The position numbers and the translations under genes are program-made. A DNA stretch of 64,000 nucleotides from Sulfuritalea sp. (GTDB lineage Bacteria > Pseudomonadota > Gammaproteobacteria > Burkholderiales > Rhodocyclaceae). This document shows, in pieces, positions 1-10,828 of the stretch (position 1 is the stretch's first letter; the number at the start of each line of letters is the position of its first letter). The notes beneath the pieces are model-generated. The model saw nothing but the letters and a program-made list of their open reading frames with translations. It ran no database searches and had not been told where the DNA came from. Location of the stretch: contig JADJUP010000026.1 in the NCBI GenBank assembly GCA_016716965.1, forward strand, positions 56,604 through 120,603. Reading direction: 5' to 3'.

Positions 1-1498
1 TCACCGTGCCTCTCTCGGTGAACTTGACGGCGTTGGTCGCGAAGTTGAGCAAGGCCTGTTGCAGCCGTGTCGGGTCACCCACGAGCCTGGACGGCAAGGG
101 CCCGGCATCGATCAGCAGGTGGATGCCCTTGGCCTTGACCCGCTCCGACAGGATGGAACTGATATTGGCCAGCAGGCGGCCGACGTCGACCGTCGATTGC
201 TCCAGCGTGAACTTGCCGGCCTCGATCTTCGAGATGTCGAGGACATCGTTGATCACCGACAACAGGTGCTGGGCCGAGGCGTCGATGACATCGAGGCGCT
301 GAGCCTGCCTGCTGGTGACACCTTCCCGACGCAGGATGCTGGCCATGCCGACAATGCCGTTCATCGGCGTACGGATTTCATGGCTCATGTTGGCGAGGAA
401 GGCGCTCTTGGCGACGTTGGCGGCTTCGGCGATTTCCTTGGCCGCCGCGAGTTCGGCGGTACGTGACTCGACGAGTTCCTCAAGGTGGTGGCGGTGCCTG
501 TGCAGTTCAGCTTCGGCGGCCTTGCGCTCGCTGATGTCCTCCACCATTGCCACCACGTAATCGAGGCTGCCATCCGGCGTCCGCACATGGCTGACCGCCA
601 GACGCGTATCCACCAGATGGCCATCCTTGTGGATGAAGCGCTTGTCCATTGCATAACTCTCGATTTCGCCAGCCAGCATGCGGTTGAACTGCGCCAGGTC
701 AGGCGCCAGATCTTCCGGGTGGGTCAGCTCGGCCCAGGTCATGCGAGTCAGCTCATCCCGCGTGTAACCCAGCGTCGCGCAAAGTGCGTCGTTGACCTCG
801 ATCCAGCCCTTCTCAAGGCTGGTAATCGCAAGGCCGACGATGGAATGGTCGAAGTAGGCATGAAAGCGTTGCATGCTGGCGCGTTCTGCGGCGGCTACCG
901 CACCCTGAGTGGCATGCAAGGTTTCCTGGTCGATCAGTTGCTGCTCGTAGTTGCGAAAGATCAGGCACAGCAGCATGGTGGCAAACGGGTAGAACAGCAT
1001 GAGCACCCACCAGGCCTGCTCGATGAAGGCGTAAGCGGCCCGATTGGGAACTTGCGTGAATGCAGCCAATTGCGCCAGTTGCACCACTACGCCCAGCGCA
1101 AGAAAGTGCATCGGTTGCGACGGGCGTTCGCGACGCGCCAACCACTGCCGTGCCAGGACGCCGAGCAAGGCCGACTGCAGGATGACCAGGATACCCACCG
1201 TTGCGCCGATACCGCCCAACTGGTAGCGATACACGGCCGCAATGCCGGCGGCAATTGCCGCCGCGAAGCCACCACCGACTGCGCCGGCTACCGACAGCAC
1301 GATCGACCGGCCGTCAAATATCAGGCCTGGCGCGAACGTGACGGGATTCAACATGCCAAGAAAGGCAACGCTGCCAAACAACAGCCCGAGCATCACCTGG
1401 CGCCCCGGCGTGTCCTTGCGAAAACGCGAAAGAACGATCTGCCCTGTCGCAATCAGGGCGATCAGGAAAGCGATGTTGTTGACCAGATTGATTAGCAT
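1..1498 (-). CDS. Sensor histidine kinase (5TM-5TMR_LYT + PAS + HisKA/HATPase), 3' end runs off the window
   Basis: Manual translation from ATG at 1498: [15 protein letters not shown]...[16 protein letters not shown] (5TM-LYT), a PAS region, H-box [19 protein letters not shown] and N-box [16 protein letters not shown]; absent from the ORF track because there is no stop in the window. Confidence 0.9.
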   Translation of the reverse strand, partial: MLINLVNNIAFLIALIATGQIVLSRFRKDTPGRQVMLGLLFGSVAFLGMLNPVTFAPGLIFDGRSIVLSVAGAVGGGFAAAIAAGIAAVYRYQLGGIGATVGILVILQSALLGVLARQWLARRERPSQPMHFLALGVVVQLAQLAAFTQVPNRAAYAFIEQAWWVLMLFYPFATMLLCLIFRNYEQQLIDQETLHATQGAVAAAERASMQRFHAYFDHSIVGLAITSLEKGWIEVNDALCATLGYTRDELTRMTWAELTHPEDLAPDLAQFNRMLAGEIESYAMDKRFIHKDGHLVDTRLAVSHVRTPDGSLDYVVAMVEDISERKAAEAELHRHRHHLEELVESRTAELAAAKEIAEAANVAKSAFLANMSHEIRTPMNGIVGMASILRREGVTSRQAQRLDVIDASAQHLLSVINDVLDISKIEAGKFTLEQSTVDVGRLLANISSILSERVKAKGIHLLIDAGPLPSRLVGDPTRLQQALLNFATNAVKFTERGTV

Positions 1499-1695
1499 GC
1501 GTCGGAATCGGGTTGGAGCGGAATGCCTGCCTTTATTACGTCAGAGTAGGAGCCCAAGCTTACCTTGATCCTGAATGGCTTTACGTCCGCAGGGCCGAAC
1601 TAGACTTCGCACGTCCCATGAATCCGCCTTTCGGACAGGATCCTGGCTTCAGGCGGCGTTCTTCCACTGTGCCGACGCCGTATCACCGGCGCCGA

Positions 1696-2157
1696 CTATC
1701 GAATGGCCTGAGTGCTGCCGCCCGCTTCCCACGCCTCGATCGCGTTGCGCAGCCTTTCCGGCAGGGCGCGCGAGGTCCGGCTTTCCGGGTCGGCGTTGAC
1801 GTAGATCATCTCGCCGCTGACCAGGCGTTCGTCGCCACGGAAGATGGCCATCTCGAATGCCATGCTGGAATTGCCCAGCCGTGCGGCGCGCACGCAGATG
1901 TCGAGCAGCTCGTCGAAGCGCGCCGAGGCGTGGTAGTTGATCACGCTCCTCACCGCGAACAGGTCGCCGCCGGTGCCGGCGATGCCTTCCGGGTAGGGCA
2001 GGCCGATGGCGCGCCAGTACTCGGTGATGCCGATGTCGAACCAGGTCAGGTAGTGACCGTTGAAGACGATGCCCTGCGCGTCGATTTCGGCCCAGCGTAC
2101 GCGCAGCGGGTGGCGCAGGCGAAAGGCGGCGAGCGGCGAGGGCGCGGGCGGCTTCAC
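1696..2157 (-). CDS. Acyl-CoA thioesterase (YbgC/4HBT hotdog family)
   Basis: C-terminal part of ORF 1696..2739: [23 protein letters not shown] motif; GTG start overlaps the upstream TGA (GTGA). Confidence 0.85.
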   Translation of the reverse strand: MKPPAPSPLAAFRLRHPLRVRWAEIDAQGIVFNGHYLTWFDIGITEYWRAIGLPYPEGIAGTGGDLFAVRSVINYHASARFDELLDICVRAARLGNSSMAFEMAIFRGDERLVSGEMIYVNADPESRTSRALPERLRNAIEAWEAGGSTQAIR

Positions 2158-3689
2158 GTGGCTTCGGTAAGCAGCGAGACGCCGAGCAGGGCGCGGCGCT
2201 TGAGCCAGGGGCTGGGGCGGTAGCGCGGGTCGCCGTAGAACTTCTGCATGGCTTCCAGCAGGTCGAGCACCAGCTTCGGCTTCAGCGCGTCGCCGAAGGC
2301 CAGCGGGCCTTTCGGGTAGCCCAGGCCGAGGGTGACGGCGCGGTCGATGTCGTCCGGCGTGGCGACGCCCTGCTGGGCGATGTCGCAGCCGATGTTCACG
2401 ATGCAGGCGACGATGCGCTGGGCGACGAAGCCGGCGCTGTCGGCGACCACGCTGACCGGCGTGCCGTCGGCGGCGAACAGGGCGTGCGCGGCGTCGCGCA
2501 TGGCGGTGCTGGTGAGCGGCGTGGTCATCAGGTTGCGCCGCGCGCTCTTGCCGGCGGCAATGCCGAACAGGCAGTCGATGGCGACGCAGCGTTTCGGATC
2601 GAGGCCCTGCTCGACGCAGGCGCTGGTGGCGTCGCCGCCCAGCGGCGTGACGATGCACAGCGCATCGGGGCCGGGCAGGTAGTCGGTTTCGACCTCGACG
2701 CCGGCGGCGGCGGCGATTTCGCGCAGCACGTCGGCCCATTCCGGATGGGTCTGGCTGACCCAGACGCGGGCCGGCAGGGCGGTCGGCGCGGGCGGCTCGG
2801 CGACGACGGCAGCATCCTTGCCGTAGTCATAGAAGCCGCGCCCGGTCTTGCGCCCCAGCACGCCGCCGGCCAGGCGTTGCGCGGCGAGCGGCGAGGGCCG
2901 GTAGCGCGGCTCCTGGTAATACTGGTTGTAGATCGATTCCATTACCGGGTGCGAGACGTCGAGCCCGGTCAGGTCGAGCAGTTCGAAAGGCCCCATGCGA
3001 AAGCCCGCCAGCTCGCGCATGATGCGGTCGATGCTGCGGAAGTCGGCGACGCCTTCGCCCAGCGCGCGCAGGGCCTCGGTGACGAAGCCGCGACCGGCGT
3101 GGTTCACGATGAAGCCCGGCGTGTCCTTCGCGCGCACCGCCGTGTGGCCCATGCGCCGGCCGAGGCCGAGCAGCGCCTCGCAGGCCCAGGGCGCGGTGAG
3201 CAGGCCGTCGATCACCTCGACGATCTTCATCAGCGGCACCGGATTGAAGAAGTGGAAGCCGGCGACGCGCTCGGGCCGGTTGCAGGCGGCGGCGATCGAG
3301 GTCACCGACAGCGAGGAGGTATTGGTGGCGAGGATGCAGTCTGCGGCGACGATGTCTTCCAGTTGCTGGAACAAAGCTTTCTTGACGTCGAGGTTCTCGA
3401 CGATGGCCTCGACGATGACCTGTGCCGAGGCGAGGCCGTCGAGGCGCGCCACGACTTCCAGCTTGGCCGCTGCCGCGTCCAGTGCCGCCTGGGTGATCTT
3501 GCCCTTTTCCGCCAGCTTGCCCAGGGTGCCGACCACGGTTTCGCGTGCACTGGCGGCGGCGCCGTGCAGCGCGTCGTAGAGCAGTACGCGGATGCCGGCC
3601 TGCGCTGCGATCTGGGCGATGCCGCGGCCCATGGCGCCGGTGCCGACGATGCCGATGCAAAGATCGGGGGACTGGATATCTGGGGACAT
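2154..3689 (-). CDS. 3-hydroxyacyl-CoA dehydrogenase (PaaH-like, duplicated C-terminal domain)
   Basis: [14 protein letters not shown] Rossmann motif, NTSSLS, HFFNPVP, PGFIVN. Confidence 0.92.
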   Translation of the reverse strand: MSPDIQSPDLCIGIVGTGAMGRGIAQIAAQAGIRVLLYDALHGAAASARETVVGTLGKLAEKGKITQAALDAAAAKLEVVARLDGLASAQVIVEAIVENLDVKKALFQQLEDIVAADCILATNTSSLSVTSIAAACNRPERVAGFHFFNPVPLMKIVEVIDGLLTAPWACEALLGLGRRMGHTAVRAKDTPGFIVNHAGRGFVTEALRALGEGVADFRSIDRIMRELAGFRMGPFELLDLTGLDVSHPVMESIYNQYYQEPRYRPSPLAAQRLAGGVLGRKTGRGFYDYGKDAAVVAEPPAPTALPARVWVSQTHPEWADVLREIAAAAGVEVETDYLPGPDALCIVTPLGGDATSACVEQGLDPKRCVAIDCLFGIAAGKSARRNLMTTPLTSTAMRDAAHALFAADGTPVSVVADSAGFVAQRIVACIVNIGCDIAQQGVATPDDIDRAVTLGLGYPKGPLAFGDALKPKLVLDLLEAMQKFYGDPRYRPSPWLKRRALLGVSLLTEAT

Positions 3690-3788
3690 GGGATTCCTCG
3701 GGAAGGGCGGGGGAGGATGTCCCGCGTCGGTCGGCGCCGCGCGCCGCGGGCGGGACGGCCGGCGCTCAGGCGGCGCCGGCGGCGGGGA

Positions 3789-4613
3789 TCACCAGAGCTT
3801 CCACCACGGCACGGCCCGGTCGAGGCCGCGTTCATAGTAGACGCTCTTGGGGAAGTTCTTGCGCATCACGCGTTCGGCATCGTCGCGCAGGTCGTTCATG
3901 CCGAGCAGGTCGTAGGCCTTGACCATGACGAACAGGGCCTCTTCGTTGGCGGGCGCGTCGGGGTAGGTCTTGATCGCCGTCTGCGCGCGGTTGATCGCGG
4001 CGACGTAGGCCTCGCGCTTCATGTAGTAGCGGGCGACGTGGACCTCGTGCGAGGCCAGCGCATTGACCAGGTACTTCATGCGCGCGGTGGCGTCCGGCGT
4101 GTAGCGGCTTTCGGGGAACTTGGTAACCAGCGCCTTGAAGGCCTCGAAGGAGTCGCGCGCGGCCTTCGGGTCGCGTTCGGTCAGGTCCTGCATGCTGATG
4201 TGGCCGAGCAGGCCGAGGTCCTCGTTGAAGTTGGCGAGGCCTTTCAGGTAATAGGCGTAGTCGACGTTGGGGTGGTTCGGGTGCAGGCGGATGAAGCGGT
4301 CGCAGGCGGCGATGGCGGAGGCCGGTTCGGCCTGGCGGTAATAGGCGTAGGCGACTTCGAGCTGCGCCTGCTGCGCATAGCGGCCGTAGGGGAAGCGGGC
4401 CTCGAGCTTTTCGAAATACTTGATCGCCTTGTCGTAGGAGCCGTCGGCCATGGCGCTCTTGGCTTCGCTGTAGAGCCGGTTGGCGGACCAGCTCGCGGTT
4501 TCGTCGACCACGTCGGGCAGGAGGCCGCAACCACCGAGCAGGGTGGTACCGGCAGCCGCGCCCAGAAACACGATGGGGGCGAGCGCCCGCAGGATTGCCG
4601 CTACACTACGCAT
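3789..4613 (-). CDS. bamD: Outer membrane protein assembly lipoprotein BamD
   Basis: Lipobox LLGGC, RFPYGRYAQQAQLEVAYAYY, HPNVDYAYYLKGL; divergent from rluD as is typical. Confidence 0.95.
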   Translation of the reverse strand: MRSVAAILRALAPIVFLGAAAGTTLLGGCGLLPDVVDETASWSANRLYSEAKSAMADGSYDKAIKYFEKLEARFPYGRYAQQAQLEVAYAYYRQAEPASAIAACDRFIRLHPNHPNVDYAYYLKGLANFNEDLGLLGHISMQDLTERDPKAARDSFEAFKALVTKFPESRYTPDATARMKYLVNALASHEVHVARYYMKREAYVAAINRAQTAIKTYPDAPANEEALFVMVKAYDLLGMNDLRDDAERVMRKNFPKSVYYERGLDRAVPWWKLW

Positions 4614-5604
4614 GGTGAAAACCTCGCATGAATTTCCGGCCGATTATAGCCGAAGCCCCGTCCCGCCCTTGTCCCGCGCGGCCCTCGACGTACCCGCGGA
4701 ATGCGCCGGCTGGCGCCTCGACGCGACCCTGGCCAAGCTGTTTCCGGAACACTCGCGCAGCCGCCTGCAGGGCTGGCTCAAGGACGGCCTGATCCGCCTC
4801 GACGGCGGCAGCGCGGAAGGCAAGCGCAAGGTGTATGGCGGCGAGCGCATCGAGTTCGACATCGGCGACGCCGTACCGCCGGCGCCGACTCTTGCCGAGT
4901 CCGCCGAGGACATTCCGCTCAAGGTGGTGTTCGAGGACGAACAACTGATCGTCATCGACAAGCCCGCCGGGCTGGTGGTGCATCCGGGCAACGGCAACGC
5001 CTCGGGCACGCTGATGAACGCGCTGCTGCACCATGCGCCGCAACTGGCCGGAATCCCGCGCGCCGGCATCGTGCATCGCCTCGACAAGGACACCAGCGGC
5101 CTGCTGGTGGTGGCGAAGACACTGACCGCGCAGACCGACCTGGTGCGCCAGTTGCAGGCGCATGCGGTCAGCCGCCATTACCTGGCGCTGGCACTGGGCC
5201 GGGTCGAACGCGACGGCACGGTCGACGCGCCGCTCGGGCGGCATGCGATCCACCGCACCAAGATGGCCATCGTGCGCGCCGGCGGCAAGGAGGCGCGTAC
5301 CCATTACGCGGTGCTGGAACGCTTCGCCCGCGCCACCCTGCTCGAATGCCGCCTGGAAACCGGGCGCACGCACCAGATCCGCGTCCATCTCGCTTCGCTC
5401 AAGCATCCGCTGGCCGGCGACACCGTGTATCGCGGCAACAAATGCGGCGACGCGCGGCTCGACGCCTTTCCGCGCCAGGCCCTGCATGCCTGGCGACTCG
5501 CCTTGCGGCATCCGGACGGCGGCGCGGAGGTGGCCTGGGAATCGCCGTTGCCGGAAGATTTCGCGCAATTGCTCGATCAACTGCGACAGGATCCGGCGCA
5601 GTGA
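4612..5604 (+). CDS. rluD: 23S rRNA pseudouridine synthase RluD
   Basis: S4 domain RLDATLAKLFPEHSRSRLQ, GIVHRLDKDTSGL, ETGRTHQIRVH; exact start codon uncertain. Confidence 0.95.
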   Translation: MVKTSHEFPADYSRSPVPPLSRAALDVPAECAGWRLDATLAKLFPEHSRSRLQGWLKDGLIRLDGGSAEGKRKVYGGERIEFDIGDAVPPAPTLAESAEDIPLKVVFEDEQLIVIDKPAGLVVHPGNGNASGTLMNALLHHAPQLAGIPRAGIVHRLDKDTSGLLVVAKTLTAQTDLVRQLQAHAVSRHYLALALGRVERDGTVDAPLGRHAIHRTKMAIVRAGGKEARTHYAVLERFARATLLECRLETGRTHQIRVHLASLKHPLAGDTVYRGNKCGDARLDAFPRQALHAWRLALRHPDGGAEVAWESPLPEDFAQLLDQLRQDPAQ

Positions 5605-5613
5605 CCCGGCGCC

Positions 5614-6339
5614 GTGCCTGACTTCATTTTCCCCGACTGGCCGGCTCCGCGAGGCGTGCGCGCGCTGTCGACCACGCGCGCCGGCGGAGTCAGCGCGGCG
5701 CCGTGGCAGGGGTTCAACCTCGGCGACCACGTCGGCGACGACCCGCAAGCCGTGGCCCGCAACCGCGCCCTGCTGCGCCGCGAACTGCCCTCGGATCCGG
5801 TGTGGCTGAAGCAGGTGCATGGCGCGCGCTGCGTCGATGCGGCGCTGGCGGCGCCCGGCACCGAGGCCGATGCCAGCTTCACCCGCGAGCGCGGCGTTGT
5901 CTGCGCCGTGCTGGTCGCCGACTGCCTGCCGGTGCTGCTATGCGACGACGCGGCGACCGTGGTCGGCGTCGCCCATGCCGGCTGGCGCGGGCTGGCCGCG
6001 GGCGTGGTCGAGGCGACGGTCGGCGCCATGGCGCTGCCCGGCGAACGCCTGATGGCCTGGCTCGGTCCCGCCATCGGGCCGCAGGCCTTCGAGGTCGGCA
6101 ATGAAGTGCGCGAGTGCTTCCTGGCCGTCGATACCGCGGCAGCGGAGGCCTTCGTCGCCGCGCCGGGCGGCAAATGGCTGTGCGACATCGCGCTACTGGC
6201 GCGGCAGCGGCTCTCGGCGCTGGGAATTCGCCGTATCACCAGCGCCGACTCTTGTTCCGTGGCCGATGCAACACGCTACTTTTCCTATCGGCGCGACGGC
6301 GTTACCGGGCGCATGGCCAGCCTCGTCTGGCTGGAATAG
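5614..6339 (+). CDS. pgeF: Peptidoglycan editing factor PgeF (YfiH)
   Basis: NLGDHVGDD, LKQVHG, ADCLPVL, HAGWRG, YFSYRRDGVTGRMA; follows rluD. Confidence 0.93.
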   Translation: MPDFIFPDWPAPRGVRALSTTRAGGVSAAPWQGFNLGDHVGDDPQAVARNRALLRRELPSDPVWLKQVHGARCVDAALAAPGTEADASFTRERGVVCAVLVADCLPVLLCDDAATVVGVAHAGWRGLAAGVVEATVGAMALPGERLMAWLGPAIGPQAFEVGNEVRECFLAVDTAAAEAFVAAPGGKWLCDIALLARQRLSALGIRRITSADSCSVADATRYFSYRRDGVTGRMASLVWLE

Positions 6340-6344
6340 GGGAA

Positions 6345-6560
6345 CTACTCGTCGGCCGGCCTGACGGGAGCCTCGGGCGCCGCCTCGCTTTCCTTCCGCT
6401 GCAGGGTGCGCCGCCGCTGCGGCGTGCCGAACAGCCACAGCAGCAGCGCCAGCGGCGCCAGGCCATAAAAGCCGAAGGTGAGCACGCCGGCGGTCAGGCT
6501 CGGCTCGGTGGCGGCCATCAGCAGGGTGACATAGAGCCACGCGATCGCAACTACGTACAT
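6345..6560 (-). CDS. Small two-TM conserved hypothetical protein
   Basis: MYVVAIAWLYVTLLMAATEPSLTAGVLTFGFYGLAPLALLLW..., two hydrophobic helices and a basic tail; resembles a small membrane protein often found beside pgeF/phaC in betaproteobacteria. Confidence 0.7.
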   Translation of the reverse strand: MYVVAIAWLYVTLLMAATEPSLTAGVLTFGFYGLAPLALLLWLFGTPQRRRTLQRKESEAAPEAPVRPADE

Positions 6561-6674
6561 GGGCCGATAGTAATGTGAAACGCCGCGTTCGATGCTCCGG
6601 GCTACGGACCTGCGCAGTGTGCAGAGGGCTAACCCCTGAGGAGGGCAGGGGGGCGGGCAGGGTACGAATGCGGC

Positions 6675-6703
6675 TTGACAGCAATTATTGTGCAGTGCAA
6701 AAT
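6675..6703 (+). promoter_or_regulatory. Sigma70 promoter of phaC with an overlapping PhaR-like TGC-N3-GCA box
   Basis: TTGACA (6675-6680), 17 bp spacer, CAAAAT (6698-6703); TGCAGTGCA at 6691-6699. Confidence 0.55.
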
Positions 6704-6798
6704 AAACACCGATTTTTTTGGTTGCGGCTGCCATGCGTGGCGCCGGTTGGGCCGCTGTCGGCCCCTGCTGAAACCACCGCCGTTTTCAGGAGCCCCGA

Positions 6799-8536
6799 AT
6801 GTCGTTTCCCCCCGATCAGAATGCCGCGTTCCAGGCCATGTTCCAGGCCGGAAACTCCATGGCCCAAGGCTTCAGCCAGTTCCTCGCGGACCAGCAGCAA
6901 AAGCTCGCAGCTACGCAACAGGGGGTGAATCCCGCGGCCTGGGCGGCAGAATCGGAAGCGCTCAAGTCGCTGCAGCAGGAATGGATGGGGCGCCATGCCC
7001 AGCTTTGGCAGGCCATGCTGGGCAAGGCCCCGGGCCAGTCGGCGCCGCAGGTCGCGAGCGCCGCGGCCGGCGACAAGCGTTTCGACCATCCGGCATGGAG
7101 CGAAAGCCCGATCTACGACTACCTGCGCCAGGCTTACCTGATCAATGCCGAATACATGAAGCGCATGGCCGACGCGGCGCCCGTGGCCGACGGCCAGGCC
7201 AAGGACCGCATGCGCTTCATGACGCGGCAGATGGTCGACGCGATGGCGCCGTCCAACTACCTCGCCACCAATCCGGAATTCGTCAAGACCGCCCTCGAAA
7301 CCAAGGGCGAGAGCATCCAGCGCGGCATCCAGAACCTGCTGGAAGACATGCGCAAGGGCCGCATTTCGATGACCGACGACACCGCCTTCGAGGTCGGCCG
7401 CAACCTGGCGATCACGCCCGGCGCGGTGGTTTACGAAAACGAACTGATGCAGTTGCTGCAGTATTCGCCGACCACCGACAAGGTCGCGGCACGGCCCTTC
7501 CTGATGGTGCCGCCCTGCATCAACAAGTACTACATCCTCGACCTGCAGCCGGAAAACTCGGTGGTGCGCTACGCCGTGGAGCAGGGAAACACGGTGTTCC
7601 TGATCTCGTGGAAGAACGTGCAGGCCGACCTCGGCCACCTGACCTGGGACGATTACATCGAGCGCGGCGCGCTGGAAGCGATCAAGGTGGTGCAGGACAT
7701 CTGCCAGGTCGAGCAGATCAACGCGCTGGGCTTCTGCGTCGGCGGCACCATCCTCGGTTCGGCGCTGTCCGTCGCGGCCCTGCGTGGCGAGAACCCGGTG
7801 GCATCGCTGACCCTGCTCACCACGCTTCTGGATTTCGCCGATTCCGGCGAGATCGGCTGCCTGGTCGACGAGACCGCAGTGCAGGCGCGCGAAGCGACCA
7901 TCGGCAAGGGCGGCCTGCTGCGCGGGAGCGAACTGGCCTCGGTGTTCTCCTCGCTGCGCGCCAACGACCTGATCTGGCAGTACGTGGTGGGCAACTACCT
8001 GAAGGGCAACAAGCCGCCGGCCTTCGACCTGCTCTACTGGAACGCCGACGCGACCAACCTGCCGGGCCCCTTCCTGGCCTGGTACCTGCGCAACATGTAC
8101 CTGGAGAACAACCTGCGCGTGCCGGGCAAGCTGCAGATGTGCGGCGTCAAGGCCGACCTTGGGGCGCGTGGACATGCCGGCCTTCGTCTATGCCAGCCGC
8201 GAGGACCACATCGTGCCGTGGAAGTCGGCCTACCAGAGTCGCGGCCTGCTCGGCGGGGAGACGACCTTCGTGCTGGGCGCCTCGGGCCACATCGCCGGCG
8301 TGATCAACCCGGCGACCAAGAACAAGCGCAGCCATTGGCTGAACGATAGCACCACGGCGAACGCCGACGAGTGGTTCGATACCGCGACCGAGACCAAGGG
8401 CAGCTGGTGGCCGGTGTGGGCCGATTGGCTGGCGCAGCAGGCCGGCGGGCAGGTTCCGGCGCGCGTGCGCCTGGGCAGCAAGGCACATCCCCCCGGCGCG
8501 CCGGCGCCCGGAAGCTACGTCAAGGAAAAGGCATAA
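6799..8536 (+). pseudogene. phaC: Class I PHA synthase, frameshifted (+1 G at 8161-8164); real lesion or sequencing error
   Basis: ORF 6799..8349 has the lipase box GFCVGG; the C-terminus with EDHIVPW and SGHIAG is in another frame (8159..8536); removing one G from CTT-GGGG-CGC restores ADLGRVDMP. Confidence 0.9.
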
Positions 8537-8620
8537 TGACAAGACCGGCACCTGTGCGGGGCGCAGTTGTCGGTGACGCAATCGAAGCCCCGACCCAACA
8601 ATAATCGAGAGGAGTAGGAC

Positions 8621-9361
8621 ATGCTGCGAGTAGCTCTGGTAACGGGAGGAATGGGTGGTCTTGGTGAAGCAATCTGCATCAAGCTGGCGGCGCTGGGCTA
8701 CAAGGTGGTCACCACCTACAGCCCCAGCAACACCAAGGCCGGCGAATGGCTGCGCACCATGAATGACATGGGCTACGGCTTCAAGGCCTATCCCTGCGAC
8801 GTCGCCGATTTCGATTCCTGCAAGGCCTGCGTGGCCCAGGTGACTGCCGATGTCGGTCCCGTCGAAGTGCTGGTCAATAATGCCGGCATCACGCGCGACA
8901 TGACGTTCAAGAAGATGACCAAGGCCGACTGGGACGCGGTGATCCACACCAACCTCGACTCCGCCTTCAACATGACCAAGCAGGTCATGGACGGCATGAT
9001 GGATCGCGGCTGGGGTCGCGTCATCAACATCTCCTCGGTGAATGGCCAGAAGGGCGCATTCGGGCAGACCAACTATGCCGCCGCCAAGGCCGGCATGCAC
9101 GGTTTCACCAAGGCACTGGCGCTGGAAGTCGCCAAGAAGGGCGTCACCGTCAACACGATTTCCCCGGGCTACATCGGCACCAAGATGGTCATGGCGATCC
9201 CGCAGGAAGTGCTGGACAGCAAGATCCTGCCGCAGATTCCGCAATCGCGTTTGGGCAAGCCGGAAGAAGTCGCCGGCCTGGTTGCCTACCTGTCATCCGA
9301 AGAAGCGGCGTTTGTAACCGGCGCCAATATCTCCATCAACGGCGGCCAGCACATGTTCTGA
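8621..9361 (+). CDS. phaB: Acetoacetyl-CoA reductase (copy 1)
   Basis: TGGMGGLG, NNAGITRD, NGQKGAFGQTNYAAAKAG. Confidence 0.95.
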   Translation: MLRVALVTGGMGGLGEAICIKLAALGYKVVTTYSPSNTKAGEWLRTMNDMGYGFKAYPCDVADFDSCKACVAQVTADVGPVEVLVNNAGITRDMTFKKMTKADWDAVIHTNLDSAFNMTKQVMDGMMDRGWGRVINISSVNGQKGAFGQTNYAAAKAGMHGFTKALALEVAKKGVTVNTISPGYIGTKMVMAIPQEVLDSKILPQIPQSRLGKPEEVAGLVAYLSSEEAAFVTGANISINGGQHMF

Positions 9362-9367
9362 TCGCCA

Positions 9368-9403
9368 GGAACGGAGGCGCGACTTGCAGCGCGCCTTCGT
9401 TCC
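9368..9403 (+). terminator. Stem-loop between the phaB copies
   Basis: GGAACGGAGGCGCG/CGCGCCTTCGTTCC inverted repeat with a T-rich run shortly after. Confidence 0.45.
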
Positions 9404-9438
9404 GCAAAGGTTTTTCAGTCGTATAGGAAGTTTCAAAA

Positions 9439-10179
9439 ATGGCAAAACGTACAGCATTGGTAACAGGCGCGATGGGTGGACTCGGCACGGCAATCTGCAA
9501 GTCGCTGTCGCAAAGCGGGTTCAACGTCGTAGCGAACTGCCTGCCGAATTTTCCCCCGAAGGATGAGTGGCTGGCGAAGATGAAGGCCGATGGTTTCGAG
9601 GTCACGGTCGCCGAAGCGGACGTGACGGATTTCGACGCCTGCGCCGCGATGGTCAAGAAGGTCGAGAGCGAAATCGGCCCGATCGACGTCCTGGTCAACA
9701 ACGCCGGCATCACGCGTGACTCGGTGTTCAAGAAGATGGACAAGGGCCAGTGGGATGCGGTCCTGACCACCAACCTGGATTCCGTGTTCAACGTCACCCA
9801 CCAGGTGCTGCCTGGCATGGCCGACCGCGGTTGGGGCCGGATCATCAACATGTCGTCGGTAAATGGCGTCAAGGGCCAGTTCGGCCAGGCCAACTACTCG
9901 GCGGCCAAGGCCGGCATCCTCGGCTTCACCAAGGCCATCGCGTCCGAAGTGGCGAAGAAGGGTGTGACGGTCAATGCCATCGCTCCCGGCTACATCGGCA
10001 CCGACATGGTCATGGCGATCAAGCAGGAAGTCCGCGATTCGATCGTGGCCACGATTCCCGTAGGCCGCCTCGGCAAGCCCGAAGAAATCGGCGCGCTGTG
10101 TTCCTACCTGGTGTCGGATCTGGCCGGCTTCATGACGGGCGCCACGCTGAACATCAATGGCGGCCTGCATTACAGCTGA
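9439..10179 (+). CDS. phaB: Acetoacetyl-CoA reductase (copy 2)
   Basis: TGAMGGLG, NNAGITRD, NGVKGQFGQANYSAAKAG. Confidence 0.93.
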   Translation: MAKRTALVTGAMGGLGTAICKSLSQSGFNVVANCLPNFPPKDEWLAKMKADGFEVTVAEADVTDFDACAAMVKKVESEIGPIDVLVNNAGITRDSVFKKMDKGQWDAVLTTNLDSVFNVTHQVLPGMADRGWGRIINMSSVNGVKGQFGQANYSAAKAGILGFTKAIASEVAKKGVTVNAIAPGYIGTDMVMAIKQEVRDSIVATIPVGRLGKPEEIGALCSYLVSDLAGFMTGATLNINGGLHYS

Positions 10180-10276
10180 TTCTGCCGAAGCACGGCAGGC
10201 TTGGACTCCCTGCGTCGCGGGGAGTCCGGGCGCCTGGCAACAAAGTTGAAAGCTGCACTTACTGGAGGGGAGAGAA

Positions 10277-10828
10277 ATGGCCACACAGAGCCGACTTATA
10301 AAGAAGTACCCGAATCGCCGCCTGTACGACACCCGTACCAGCACCTACATCACGCTGGCCGATGTCAAGGAACTGGTGTTGGCGCATGAGCCATTCCAGG
10401 TGGTCGACGCCAAGTCCGGCGACGACCTGACGCGGGCCATCCTGTTGCAGATCATCCTCGAAGAGGAAGCCGGCGGCGCGCCGATGTTCTCCTCCGACCT
10501 GCTGTCGCAGATGATCCGCTTCTACGGCAATGCCATGCAGGGCATGATGGGCAACTACATCGAAAACAACATCAAGTCCTTCACCGAGGTCCAGGCCAAG
10601 TTGAAGGAGCAGGCCAAGTCGCTTTACGGCGAGACCGGTGGCGACAGCCAGGACCTCTGGGCGCAGTTCCTCAAGTTCCAGGGCCCGGCCATGCAGCACA
10701 TGATGGGCGCCTACGTCGAGCAGAGCCAGAAGATGTTCCAGCAGATGCAGGACACCATGCAGGAACAGACACGCAAGATCTTTCCCGGCATCTACGTCAA
10801 GCCGGACGAGAAGTCCGAAAAGAAGTAG
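10277..10828 (+). CDS. phaR: PHA synthesis repressor PhaR
   Basis: [37 protein letters not shown]. Confidence 0.95.
   Translation: MATQSRLIKKYPNRRLYDTRTSTYITLADVKELVLAHEPFQVVDAKSGDDLTRAILLQIILEEEAGGAPMFSSDLLSQMIRFYGNAMQGMMGNYIENNIKSFTEVQAKLKEQAKSLYGETGGDSQDLWAQFLKFQGPAMQHMMGAYVEQSQKMFQQMQDTMQEQTRKIFPGIYVKPDEKSEKK

Noticed and set aside
1670-1695. GC-rich hairpin after the thioesterase, and similar intergenic hairpins (10203-10227, 29680-29730)
   Set aside because: Single copies, not a REP family; likely terminators or stabilisers
2484-4631. Very long opposite-strand ORFs (e.g. 2484..4631, 10792..13074, 15188..17509, 59948..62182)
   Set aside because: Shadow ORFs of GC-rich genes; no motifs, and they overlap well-supported CDSs
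4611-4650. bamD/rluD starts overlapping head-to-head, with TATAAT (minus strand) inside the rluD 5' end
   Set aside because: Ordinary compact divergent arrangement; the rluD start may be downstream
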